This document shows, piece by piece, positions 9,249 through 16,115 of a stretch of DNA of 64,000 bases. Positions within the stretch are counted from its first letter, which is position 1, and every line of letters begins with the position of its first letter. The notes beneath the pieces were generated by a model. That model ran no database searches, was not told the origin of the DNA, and saw nothing but the letters and a program-made list of their open reading frames with translations. The stretch is taken from the IMG/VR virus record IMGVR_UViG_3300042881_004206; one strand, 5' to 3'. The stretch comes from a virus (lineage: Duplodnaviria; Caudoviricetes). Both the position numbers and the translations under genes were made by a program.

Positions 9249-9454
9249 GCATCGGTTAGGTCAGCAGTGGTTAGATTGAGCTCACGCATGAGCTTCCGGA
9301 CAGCCTTGGCGCCTTCAGCTTTCCGCTTTTCGGCAGCCTTGGCGGCTTGCACAGCAGCCTTGGCAGCGAGCAGTGCATCCAGAGCCGTGTCCAATTCCGA
9401 CTTAATGGCAGAATTAATGGAGTCTAATTGGGTTTGAAGAGCTTCGGTGGACAT
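9242..9454 (-). CDS. 70-aa coiled-coil peptide resembling the H-NS oligomerisation region
   Basis: AAGGT SD before ATG 9454; KRKAEGAKAVRKLMRELNLTTADL. Confidence 0.75.
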   Translation of the reverse strand: MSTEALQTQLDSINSAIKSELDTALDALLAAKAAVQAAKAAEKRKAEGAKAVRKLMRELNLTTADLTDAA

Positions 9455-9465
9455 AATATTACCTT

Positions 9466-9561
9466 TCAAAGGGGGAAGAAAAACGGAACAAAGGGAAGCG
9501 CTACTGCCAAAGCAAGGCCAATAGCACCGAGATAATCGGAAAAAGTGGTGGTTTGATTCAT
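9466..9561 (-). CDS. 31-aa hydrophobic peptide
   Basis: Translated by hand: MNQTTTFSDYLGAIGLALAVALPFVPFFFPL; ATGA-coupled. Confidence 0.65.
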   Translation of the reverse strand: MNQTTTFSDYLGAIGLALAVALPFVPFFFPL

Positions 9562-9665
9562 TTCATCAGCTCAATAATTGCGATAATTGCAAAGCCGAGA
9601 CTGATACCAGTGGCGACAGAAGCCAGGAGGAACAGCGTTTCATTGGTTTGGTACTTTTCGTTCAT
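9558..9665 (-). CDS. 35-aa single-TM peptide
   Basis: Translated by hand: MNEKYQTNETLFLLASVATGISLGFAIIAIIELMK; AAGGA SD; first gene after promoter. Confidence 0.7.
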   Translation of the reverse strand: MNEKYQTNETLFLLASVATGISLGFAIIAIIELMK

Positions 9666-9693
9666 TTGGTTTCCTTATCAATCTATGAAAGCA

Positions 9694-9721
9694 AGTATAC
9701 CAGAAGTGGACGGATTGTCAA
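9694..9721 (-). promoter_or_regulatory. sigma70 promoter TTGACA-16-TATACT with extended -10
   Basis: Reverse complement ttgaca atccgtccacttctgg tatact; GACC-N5-GGTC box at 9739-9751. Confidence 0.85.
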
Positions 9722-9749
9722 GCGTTATTGGAAAAGTCGACCGGATTGG

Positions 9750-9935
9750 TCAGCCTTTCGCATGGACCAGACCAGCATCCCGGAGACCAATGGCTTTCCG
9801 ACCAAGGTTTGCCACCGACCATTTTGCACCGGTAATCCAGGTTTTCTCGGACTGGCGCGGCCTGCGTGGCTTGAATACTGTAACCAATACTCCATCGGCA
9901 TTGGTATATTGTGAAAGTATATTAGATTTAGCCAT
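9750..9935 (-). CDS. Early basic hypothetical protein (61 aa)
   Basis: GAGGT SD before ATG 9935. Confidence 0.7.
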   Translation of the reverse strand: MAKSNILSQYTNADGVLVTVFKPRRPRQSEKTWITGAKWSVANLGRKAIGLRDAGLVHAKG

Positions 9936-10077
9936 TAGTAACCTCTGAAAGAAAAGCACGGAGATTTTCTTCGGGAATATTGCTGAGCAATTCGACAATA
10001 GCGGTCAAATCACCACGGTCAATATCTTCCACAATTTGGTCAATAACCATATCCATCAAATCAGTAAATTCAGCCAT
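9928..10077 (-). CDS. 49-aa acidic peptide
   Basis: Translated by hand: MAEFTDLMDMVIDQIVEDIDRGDLTAIVELLSNIPEENLRAFLSEVTNG; TAATG-coupled. Confidence 0.7.
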   Translation of the reverse strand: MAEFTDLMDMVIDQIVEDIDRGDLTAIVELLSNIPEENLRAFLSEVTNG

Positions 10078-10289
10078 TATTCTTCCTCGGTTTCTTCTTC
10101 AAAATGCTCGAGCAATTCGTCCCAATTAATAGCGGTGATATTAATTTGGTCCTTCAGAAAACCATTCGGCATGGCATCATATTGCTCCTCGATCATATCA
10201 CGGATGAAATGCACATCCTCACGGGATTCTGGATTATACCAGACATTTACCGACCAGGTTTCATAATTGGACCAACCGTTGTAGCTCAT
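10077..10289 (-). CDS. Conserved phage hypothetical protein (YNGWxNYETW family)
   Basis: MSYNGWSNYETWSVNVW; true start 10289 with AAAGGA SD. Confidence 0.8.
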   Translation of the reverse strand: MSYNGWSNYETWSVNVWYNPESREDVHFIRDMIEEQYDAMPNGFLKDQINITAINWDELLEHFEEETEEE

Positions 10290-10317
10290 TTGCTTTCCTT
10301 TGTTTACGATGGAATAC

Positions 10318-10345
10318 AGTATACCAGAAGTGGTAGGAATGTCAA
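10318..10345 (-). promoter_or_regulatory. sigma70 promoter TTGACA-16-TATACT
   Basis: Reverse complement ttgaca ttcctaccacttctgg tatact. Confidence 0.85.
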
Positions 10346-10369
10346 GCGGTAGTTGACCGTTCCGGTATG

Positions 10370-10507
10370 TTATTTGCCCTGGGGCTTGGCGGCTTGCTGA
10401 ATGGCAACCTCCGATGTTAAAATCAAGCGGTCCAGGGCCTGAGCCATGGGGGTCAAGCCAATATTGGCAGCCACAATCCCGAAAATGAAGCCTAGAATGA
10501 ATCGCAT
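10370..10507 (-). CDS. 45-aa peptide with hydrophobic N-terminus
   Basis: Translated by hand: MRFILGFIFGIVAANIGLTPMAQALDRLILTSEVAIQQAAKPQGK. Confidence 0.65.
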   Translation of the reverse strand: MRFILGFIFGIVAANIGLTPMAQALDRLILTSEVAIQQAAKPQGK

Positions 10508-10533
10508 TGCTTTGTCCGTTTGTCAATGTTTGG

Positions 10534-10635
10534 ACTGTACCAGAACCACAGAGGATGGCAAGTTGCACAAAAGCAACACTACAGGCCGGTCAACTATTGC
10601 ATGTGGCTTGCCTTGGGCTCTCGGAGTGGTATAAT
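10534..10635. promoter_or_regulatory. Divergent promoter pair with GTTG-N8-CAAC box
   Basis: Minus TTGCCA-16-TACAGT (10534-10561); plus TTGCCT-16-TATAAT (10608-10635); box at 10562-10577. Confidence 0.8.
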
Positions 10636-10673
10636 GGCTTCATAGCAATCGGAGAAGCCGGAGCTCTAATCCA
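10633..10673 (+). repeat. 41-bp direct repeat, copy 1
   Basis: aatggcttcatagcaatcggagaagccggagctctaatcca; 1 mismatch to 11236-11276. Confidence 0.95.
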
Positions 10674-10740
10674 GACCTGCGCGTTGGATCCACGGCTATC
10701 AGTCCTGCGCCGGCGATTAGAATTTCCAATGGTCAGACGC

Positions 10741-10768
10741 TTGCCATTTCCACTGGTTCTGTCACAAT
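10741..10768 (+). promoter_or_regulatory. sigma70 promoter TTGCCA-16-CACAAT (likely leaderless transcript)
   Basis: ATG 10776 lies 7 nt after the -10 box. Confidence 0.6.
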
Positions 10769-10775
10769 GCAAAGC

Positions 10776-11132
10776 ATGGAAACACAATACACCTTCAGCG
10801 ATGACCTGGTCTCTGACCTCCACAAGGACGCCTATGGCTTCCGCCCCAGCGAGTCCTTCTGGAGAACCTGGGAAACCTCCACCGATGCCGAAAAGCAGTC
10901 GGAGTGGGACCGCTTGGCTGCTCATATGCAGCTGGCCATGGAACAGGAGGCGGCCAACCACCGGACCTGTATCGCACGGCTGGAGGACAGGATTGCCCAG
11001 CTGATCCAATGCGGCGCCAAGGACCGTGCCATGGCCATCCGTTGGTTGGATGAGGCGTACCAGACCCATGGCGACACCGAATTCCTGGAGTGGAACCTCG
11101 GCGTACCTTTCGGTTACCTGCGGAAGCCCTAA
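10776..11132 (+). CDS. Conserved phage hypothetical protein (SDLHKDAYGFRP family)
   Basis: FSDDLVSDLHKDAYGFRP...EKQSEWD motif recalled from T4-like phages. Confidence 0.8.
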   Translation: METQYTFSDDLVSDLHKDAYGFRPSESFWRTWETSTDAEKQSEWDRLAAHMQLAMEQEAANHRTCIARLEDRIAQLIQCGAKDRAMAIRWLDEAYQTHGDTEFLEWNLGVPFGYLRKP

Positions 11133-11176
11133 GCACTACCTATAGTGCTTGCTATGCGAAAACCTCGAGGATTTTG

Positions 11177-11238
11177 GTTGTTTTTTAGCAACGGACACTA
11201 GGGGTAGTGCTTGCCATTTTCCGTGGATCGCTTAGAAT
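11177..11238 (+). promoter_or_regulatory. GTTG-N8-CAAC box plus promoter TTGCCA-16-TAGAAT
   Basis: Box 11177-11192; -35 at 11211; -10 at 11233. Confidence 0.8.
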
Positions 11239-11276
11239 GGCTTCATAGCAATCGGAAAAGCCGGAGCTCTAATCCA
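11236..11276 (+). repeat. 41-bp direct repeat, copy 2
   Basis: aatggcttcatagcaatcggaaaagccggagctctaatcca. Confidence 0.95.
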
Positions 11277-11317
11277 CCCCTGCCTGCTATATGTTTCCGG
11301 CCGCGCACGTTTGGACC

Positions 11318-11421
11318 ATTATATCATACGGGAACGGACAATGGCAACCAGCCACCCAATACCCAGTAAACCGGTCAACATTTCACACAGCGCTTGACAA
11401 ACCCACCAGAACCTGTACAGT
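11318..11421. promoter_or_regulatory. Divergent promoter pair
   Basis: Minus TTGCCA-18-TATAAT (11318-11347); plus TTGACA-16-TACAGT (11394-11421). Confidence 0.7.
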
Positions 11422-11454
11422 CCGACCATTGAAATTCAACAGCGGAGATATTCC

Positions 11455-11637
11455 ATGGATATTCAAACGGCGCAACATATTATGGGAAAATTCAGTATTA
11501 ACCATAATACTGAGACATTTATGGAAACCATTGAATTAATGGACCATTTTCTGCAGCGTGATACTCTGACGGATATTGAAAAGCAAGCATATTTTCTGAT
11601 TATTGACGAATATGCTGCATATAATACTGCGGAATAA
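11455..11637 (+). CDS. Early hypothetical protein
   Basis: GGAG SD; first ORF after promoter. Confidence 0.7.
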   Translation: MDIQTAQHIMGKFSINHNTETFMETIELMDHFLQRDTLTDIEKQAYFLIIDEYAAYNTAE

Positions 11638-11776
11638 TTGAAAAACCGCAGAAAATAAATCAAATACCTTCGCGGACAGAAACTAAGTCGGATACTCTCC
11701 AAAATATCCACGATATTCTGCGAAAACCCACGCGACACAATATTGCACTTTTTGACACAATTTGACACAATAAATC

Positions 11777-11935
11777 ATGTATTCAATTGAATTCTCAGAA
11801 TATCGGATTGGTCGGTTGTTTCATTATAACGGAAACGATTATATTAAAGCATCCACCCGTACTGGTAAAATGTTATCCAATGGTCGGACATTTTATTTTC
11901 GTAAGCAGGAAGTAATTCATCCCATTTCATGGTAA
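11777..11935 (+). CDS. 52-aa hypothetical protein
   Basis: Translated by hand: MYSIEFSEYRIGRLFHYNGNDYIKASTRTGKMLSNGRTFYFRKQEVIHPISW. Confidence 0.6.
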   Translation: MYSIEFSEYRIGRLFHYNGNDYIKASTRTGKMLSNGRTFYFRKQEVIHPISW

Positions 11936-11944
11936 GGATTAATC

Positions 11945-12133
11945 ATGGATATTTTTTCGGAAACTCGAAATCATTACATTGAAGAATTGGTATCGGATGA
12001 TATTGATACCATACAGAATTCTCCCATATACTATATTGAATCATTCTTGAAGTATGGTCATCGTGGTTATATGGATTATTCTGATGAGGAATTGATTCAG
12101 GTGTATAATCAACGGTTTGCGGATAGGAGATAA
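11945..12133 (+). CDS. Hypothetical protein
   Basis: AAGGA SD. Confidence 0.7.
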   Translation: MDIFSETRNHYIEELVSDDIDTIQNSPIYYIESFLKYGHRGYMDYSDEELIQVYNQRFADRR

Positions 12134-12134
12134 T

Positions 12135-12347
12135 ATGATGGAATACAATTTCGAATCTACAGTATTAAATCTAGTGGAACCGCATCGGACTAATGGTTCT
12201 AAGGTATACTTTGAGAATGGTTCTCTATTTTTGGAGAATATCCCAGATGATTCTGCGGATAATATTATGAAAGCATTAAATGGCAGGTTTGATATAATCG
12301 TTACTGAATATGAAGCGATTAATGGTTTTGTAGTTGATTTTGGTTGA
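12135..12347 (+). CDS. Hypothetical protein
   Basis: AGGAG SD before ATG 12135. Confidence 0.7.
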   Translation: MMEYNFESTVLNLVEPHRTNGSKVYFENGSLFLENIPDDSADNIMKALNGRFDIIVTEYEAINGFVVDFG

Positions 12348-12373
12348 TAGAATAAGCGAGAGGTCGATTTATT

Positions 12374-12619
12374 ATGATGTTGGGCGGAGCAATTTGGAAT
12401 CTTGAAGGTATGCATATATCTGGCCTGTATATGGGTAATATTCCCGTTTCAGGTAAGGTATGGTTGTCCCGTGTCAAATATGGTGGTGAGGTATCGCATC
12501 ATATTAACCTGGATAAGGTTATCTCGGTATATGGTGCCGAGCGGGATTCGGTGATTCTGAACCATTCTGAGGTGTTGCAGGTACGCAACAGTGGTGCAAC
12601 GGTTGTGGAAACTGCTTGA
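12374..12619 (+). CDS. Hypothetical protein
   Basis: GAGGT SD. Confidence 0.7.
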   Translation: MMLGGAIWNLEGMHISGLYMGNIPVSGKVWLSRVKYGGEVSHHINLDKVISVYGAERDSVILNHSEVLQVRNSGATVVETA

Positions 12620-12644
12620 CAAAGCGGTAGAAGTGAGGTAAGAT
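12574..12644 (+). promoter_or_regulatory. GTTG-N8-CAAC box plus promoter TTGACA-17-TAAGAT
   Basis: Box 12574-12589; -35 at 12616. Confidence 0.75.
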
Positions 12645-12668
12645 ATTGATTCTTTTGGAGATTTAAAT

Positions 12669-12866
12669 ATGAATTATGATATGTTTACCCATGCTGGTGA
12701 TGCCGCGGTACATGGTATCGTGGTCGCTGCGGATGAATTAGATTTGACCTGGGAACAGGTGGAGAATAGTTTAATTCGATTATCACGGCATGAGGGTTTT
12801 GCGGAGGCAACCGATACTGCGGTCCGTGAAGCAGTATATTGTGCATTGAATTTTGATAAGAGGTAA
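12669..12866 (+). CDS. Hypothetical protein
   Basis: GGAG SD after promoter. Confidence 0.7.
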   Translation: MNYDMFTHAGDAAVHGIVVAADELDLTWEQVENSLIRLSRHEGFAEATDTAVREAVYCALNFDKR

Positions 12867-12867
12867 T

Positions 12868-13131
12868 ATGTTTATCGTATACCATACTGATTTTCCGCAC
12901 CAGGATAAGCGGTATTTCAATACCCATGCCGGTGCAAGGCGGTCGGCCACCTGTTCCAATCGGAATTTGACGGAAGAAAAGTATAAAGTGGTACCGGAAA
13001 CTGATTTTGATACTCTATTTCCTGTTACCATGAAAACGGTACGGAATCTCATGACAGGAGAATTGATTCAAATTCCCTCCAATACTCCCCATTCCTGTGA
13101 TCCTAGTACCGAAGCATACTGGAGTCAGTAA
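12868..13131 (+). CDS. Hypothetical protein
   Basis: GAGGT SD; C-terminal NLMTG..IQIP..TP..CDPS.E.YWS motif. Confidence 0.7.
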   Translation: MFIVYHTDFPHQDKRYFNTHAGARRSATCSNRNLTEEKYKVVPETDFDTLFPVTMKTVRNLMTGELIQIPSNTPHSCDPSTEAYWSQ

Positions 13132-13368
13132 GTGCAAACTAATTTCAAACAATATGTATCGGATATGAATCGCCGATCCATTTTCCATGGTATTCCCATG
13201 CAATACCTGGAAGAATTGACCAGTGTTTTCCGTAGAAACAATTTCCGTATACGGATCAAATACCGTGGTCCTAGGAATACTCCTGCTGATTCTGGTCGGA
13301 GTATACTTGCTCGGCAGGGTACCTGCCTGAAACAAAACGCTAAATCATTTGCAATTTATTATAGGTAA
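13132..13368 (+). CDS. Hypothetical protein
   Basis: GTG start directly after the previous stop; R.RYRGPR motif. Confidence 0.6.
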   Translation: MQTNFKQYVSDMNRRSIFHGIPMQYLEELTSVFRRNNFRIRIKYRGPRNTPADSGRSILARQGTCLKQNAKSFAIYYR

Positions 13369-13372
13369 AATC

Positions 13373-13585
13373 ATGAAACTCCCTTTTGAATGTATCGTTG
13401 GTTCTGAAAACGAAGTAATTACTAACCCTTTTTCTGGTGAATCGGTCGAATTGATTCCAGAAGCCGTTGCAGTATATGACACCATTATGGGTGCTCAAAT
13501 GTTTAATGATTATAAAACTGTCCGAAAAGGTTTGGACTGGTTTCGCCGTCATTTTCCCCAAGAATATATGATTCTGCTGGACTAA
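13373..13585 (+). CDS. Conserved phage hypothetical protein
   Basis: NPFSGESVEL..EAVAVYD.I.GA...GLDWFR..FP.EYM.LLD family. Confidence 0.75.
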   Translation: MKLPFECIVGSENEVITNPFSGESVELIPEAVAVYDTIMGAQMFNDYKTVRKGLDWFRRHFPQEYMILLD

Positions 13586-13586
13586 T

Positions 13587-13847
13587 ATGAATTCAAAAGA
13601 AATTCAAGCCCATATTTGTGAATGGGCTCGTGGTCATAATTTCACCGCACCATATGGTGTATTAGACGGTGAATTTACCAACCAAAAGGGACGGAAATAC
13701 CTTTCGGTTACCTTTGGTCGTGCCCGTACACTGGACGCCACGGTTGAAATCTATAATCGGAATTTCATGGTACTACGGACTTCCCGTTATGATACCGAAG
13801 TATTCAAGGATTTTCCGTCATTAATGGCAAAACTGGAGACCCTGTGA
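13587..13847 (+). CDS. Hypothetical protein
   Basis: Abutting, co-oriented ORF. Confidence 0.7.
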   Translation: MNSKEIQAHICEWARGHNFTAPYGVLDGEFTNQKGRKYLSVTFGRARTLDATVEIYNRNFMVLRTSRYDTEVFKDFPSLMAKLETL

Positions 13848-14062
13848 TTTATAAACGCAATTTGGCCTATTTGGCCGAAGATTATGACCTAGATTATGAT
13901 GATTTTGTGAAATATTGTTTTGCAAATTATCCACAATCGGTATGGCAAGTATATGACGGAATCAAGTATTGCCATGAGGCTTGTGCCGAATATCTGGTAA
14001 AAGAATACAAGGAATTCAAACGATTGGTATACCAGTATAATATACCACTTGAAACGGCTTGA
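13844..14062 (+). CDS. Hypothetical protein
   Basis: GTGA-coupled; GGAG SD. Confidence 0.6.
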   Translation: MIYKRNLAYLAEDYDLDYDDFVKYCFANYPQSVWQVYDGIKYCHEACAEYLVKEYKEFKRLVYQYNIPLETA

Positions 14063-14086
14063 CAAAACAGGAAAATGGTCTATACT
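14059..14086 (+). promoter_or_regulatory. sigma70 promoter TTGACA-16-TATACT
   Basis: Direct motif match. Confidence 0.8.
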
Positions 14087-14113
14087 CTCGGTGTAGCCAT
14101 TTGAGAATATATT

Positions 14114-14308
14114 ATGGAATTTAAATTTACCGATATTGAATTGGTTCAGTTTGCTGAGGTATTGAAACATTTTGATCCAAAAAGTACCTTTGCAATTTAT
14201 ATGGGGCGGTCTCCACAAGATACCGCATCCTATAAACAGGAACAGGTGGAACAATTTATGGACATTTTTAAAACTGAATATAACTCCAGAATTCAAAATA
14301 AATTCTAA
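14114..14308 (+). CDS. Hypothetical protein
   Basis: First ORF after promoter. Confidence 0.65.
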   Translation: MEFKFTDIELVQFAEVLKHFDPKSTFAIYMGRSPQDTASYKQEQVEQFMDIFKTEYNSRIQNKF

Positions 14309-14309
14309 T

Positions 14310-14468
14310 ATGAAAAACATTGCTCGTATGTTGGAATCATTTGAGAATGATACCAATAAAATCAAAAATACTCCAAAACAACATAAACAAAATACTCGAA
14401 AGCCTATTAAACCTAGACAGGCATTTAAACTAGCTTCGCGTCAAAAATCTAGAAACTCCGAGTATTAA
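14310..14468 (+). CDS. 52-aa basic hypothetical protein
   Basis: ATG 14310 abuts the previous stop. Confidence 0.55.
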   Translation: MKNIARMLESFENDTNKIKNTPKQHKQNTRKPIKPRQAFKLASRQKSRNSEY

Positions 14469-14469
14469 T

Positions 14470-14568
14470 ATGAAAACTGAAGAAATATTTTCTTCTATTG
14501 TTTGTGTGGTCATAGCATTACTTGCTATAGCCTTATTGTTGAATGTTATTTTTATCAGTATTACTTAA
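14470..14568 (+). CDS. 32-aa single-TM peptide
   Basis: Translated by hand: MKTEEIFFSIVCVVIALLAIALLLNVIFISIT. Confidence 0.55.
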   Translation: MKTEEIFSSIVCVVIALLAIALLLNVIFISIT

Positions 14569-14916
14569 ATGATCCGTGCACCATTTTACGCACAATTATA
14601 TCCAATTCTATATGAAAAGACCTTAGGGTATGGTTATACCTTGGCCCTCCATGGTACTCTCCAAAGGGATTTGGATGTTATTGCTGTACCATGGGAAGAA
14701 AATGTAAGTGAACCAATACATTTAATCCGTGCATTGGAAAAAGTATCTGGTGGGCATTGTGTGCCTAGAATCGATAGGAATGGTCTGGTGATTGGTCCAT
14801 ACGATCCTCTACCAAAACCACACGGTCGGTTGGCATGGATTATTGCACTCTCCAACGCTGGTCCTAACGGTCCATACATCGATATTTCTGTTGCACCAAA
14901 ACAACAAAATAGTTGA
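14569..14916 (+). CDS. Hypothetical protein, possible nucleotidyltransferase-like fold
   Basis: ALHGTLQRDLDVIAVPW (hG[ST]...DxD). Confidence 0.6.
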   Translation: MIRAPFYAQLYPILYEKTLGYGYTLALHGTLQRDLDVIAVPWEENVSEPIHLIRALEKVSGGHCVPRIDRNGLVIGPYDPLPKPHGRLAWIIALSNAGPNGPYIDISVAPKQQNS

Positions 14917-14960
14917 CCGGTTTGGTCGACATTTGCCATTTCCGCGGATGCCTGTATACT
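14890..14960 (+). promoter_or_regulatory. GTTG-N8-CAAC box, GACC-N5-GGTC box and promoter TTGCCA-16-TATACT
   Basis: Boxes at 14890-14905 and 14915-14927; -35 at 14933. Confidence 0.8.
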
Positions 14961-14987
14961 GCGAAGCATAGTAACTAAGGAATGCAA

Positions 14988-15632
14988 ATGGTCAAGCTCT
15001 CTACCACATCCAAGCTCGGTACCAAGTCCTGGTCCCTCCAGGCGTTTGATACCTGCCCTGGTTCACGCAATAAGGACGGATCCGTGGTCCCGGCATGCCA
15101 GGGTTGCTATGCGCGTGGTGGTTTCTACCGATTCGGTGCCGCCAAGCAAGTCCGTGCAGCCAATTTTGACGATTGGAAGCGATTCTCTTGGACCGAAGAT
15201 ATGATTAATGCATTATCCAAGCAAACCCATTTCCGTTGGTTTGATTCTGGCGATATGTATTCTCTGGAATTGGCTGAAAAGATTTATGTGGTAATGGCCT
15301 GCACGCCTCATGTTAAGCACTGGCTGCCTACCCGTATGGCCAAATTTGCCAAGTTTCAATCTATCATTAATCGCATGAAAACCCTACCTAATGTAATGGT
15401 GCGTTTTTCATCCGATTCTGTAAACGGTGAATTTACTCCTGGCGTCCATGGTTCTACCATTGTGCCCTCTGCTGATACTGCACCAGAAAATACCTTTGTT
15501 TGTGGTGCATATACCCGTGGCGGTAAGTGTGGTGATTGCCGTGCTTGCTATGACAAAAATATCGATGTTATTGCTTACCCTGCTCATGGCGCAACCATGA
15601 AAAAGGTTATCCGTCTGGCTGTTTCTCATTAA
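14988..15632 (+). CDS. GP88-like radical-SAM/Fe-S protein
   Basis: SWSL...TCPG...ACQGCYA, FRWFDSGD, HWLPTR and a C-terminal C..KCGDCRAC cluster. Confidence 0.75.
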   Translation: MVKLSTTSKLGTKSWSLQAFDTCPGSRNKDGSVVPACQGCYARGGFYRFGAAKQVRAANFDDWKRFSWTEDMINALSKQTHFRWFDSGDMYSLELAEKIYVVMACTPHVKHWLPTRMAKFAKFQSIINRMKTLPNVMVRFSSDSVNGEFTPGVHGSTIVPSADTAPENTFVCGAYTRGGKCGDCRACYDKNIDVIAYPAHGATMKKVIRLAVSH

Positions 15633-15646
15633 TAGGAGAGTTTCAA

Positions 15647-15898
15647 ATGTCCCGTATGTCCGATATTAACCTGTCCATCCGTGAATATCTTATGGATGGT
15701 GAGTATAGTAACCGTGAAATTGCTGAAAGGCTGAATATCCCAATCGAATGGGTTAATGCGGTGGAGGAAGATATGGGTTTCACCGATGATTATTATGATG
15801 ATTCTATGGATGGCGACCATGCATCAGCCTTGGCCTCGGTGGGTTGGGGTACGGATGAGGATTATGTAGCCGATAATGATTTTTTTGACGATTTCTAA
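15647..15898 (+). CDS. Hypothetical protein with HTH-like N-terminus and acidic tail
   Basis: SNREIAERLNIPIEWV; DDSMDGDHASALASVGWGTDEDY. Confidence 0.75.
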   Translation: MSRMSDINLSIREYLMDGEYSNREIAERLNIPIEWVNAVEEDMGFTDDYYDDSMDGDHASALASVGWGTDEDYVADNDFFDDF

Positions 15899-15900
15899 CC

Positions 15901-16035
15901 ATGAAGATTATAGTACCAGTCCAGAAACCAGTATGCCGAACACCGATTAAACCGGTGGTCCGTCATAAACTGGAAAACAAGTATCAGCGGAAACCTAAAC
16001 ACCGCAAAGCGTTGTTTCCATACAACAATACTTGA
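15901..16035 (+). CDS. 44-aa basic peptide with YxRKxKH motif
   Basis: Translated by hand: MKIIVPVQKPVCRTPIKPVVRHKLENKYQRKPKHRKALFPYNNT. Confidence 0.55.
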   Translation: MKIIVPVQKPVCRTPIKPVVRHKLENKYQRKPKHRKALFPYNNT

Positions 16036-16082
16036 CCGGATTGGTACATTACCATTGACATTTGCCCGGAAACCTGTATAAT
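16011..16082 (+). promoter_or_regulatory. GTTG-N8-CAAC box, GACC-N5-GGTA box and promoter TTGACA-16-TATAAT
   Basis: Boxes at 16011-16026 and 16034-16046; -35 at 16055. Confidence 0.82.
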
Positions 16083-16115
16083 AGTCTCTATTGACAATCG
16101 AAAAGGAATTTTGTA

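Noticed and set aside
10077-10568. 163-aa version of the minus-strand ORF
   Set aside because: It spans a promoter and another gene; the SD and family motif place the start at 10289.
10507-11136. Overlapping ORFs 10507-11004(+), 10590-11069(-) and 10795-11136(-)
   Set aside because: Shadow frames in GC-rich DNA; they cross promoters and overlap the recognisable gene 10776-11132.
10633-11276. CRISPR mini-array
   Set aside because: Only two copies about 560 bp apart with a gene between them; no spacer-length periodicity and no cas genes.
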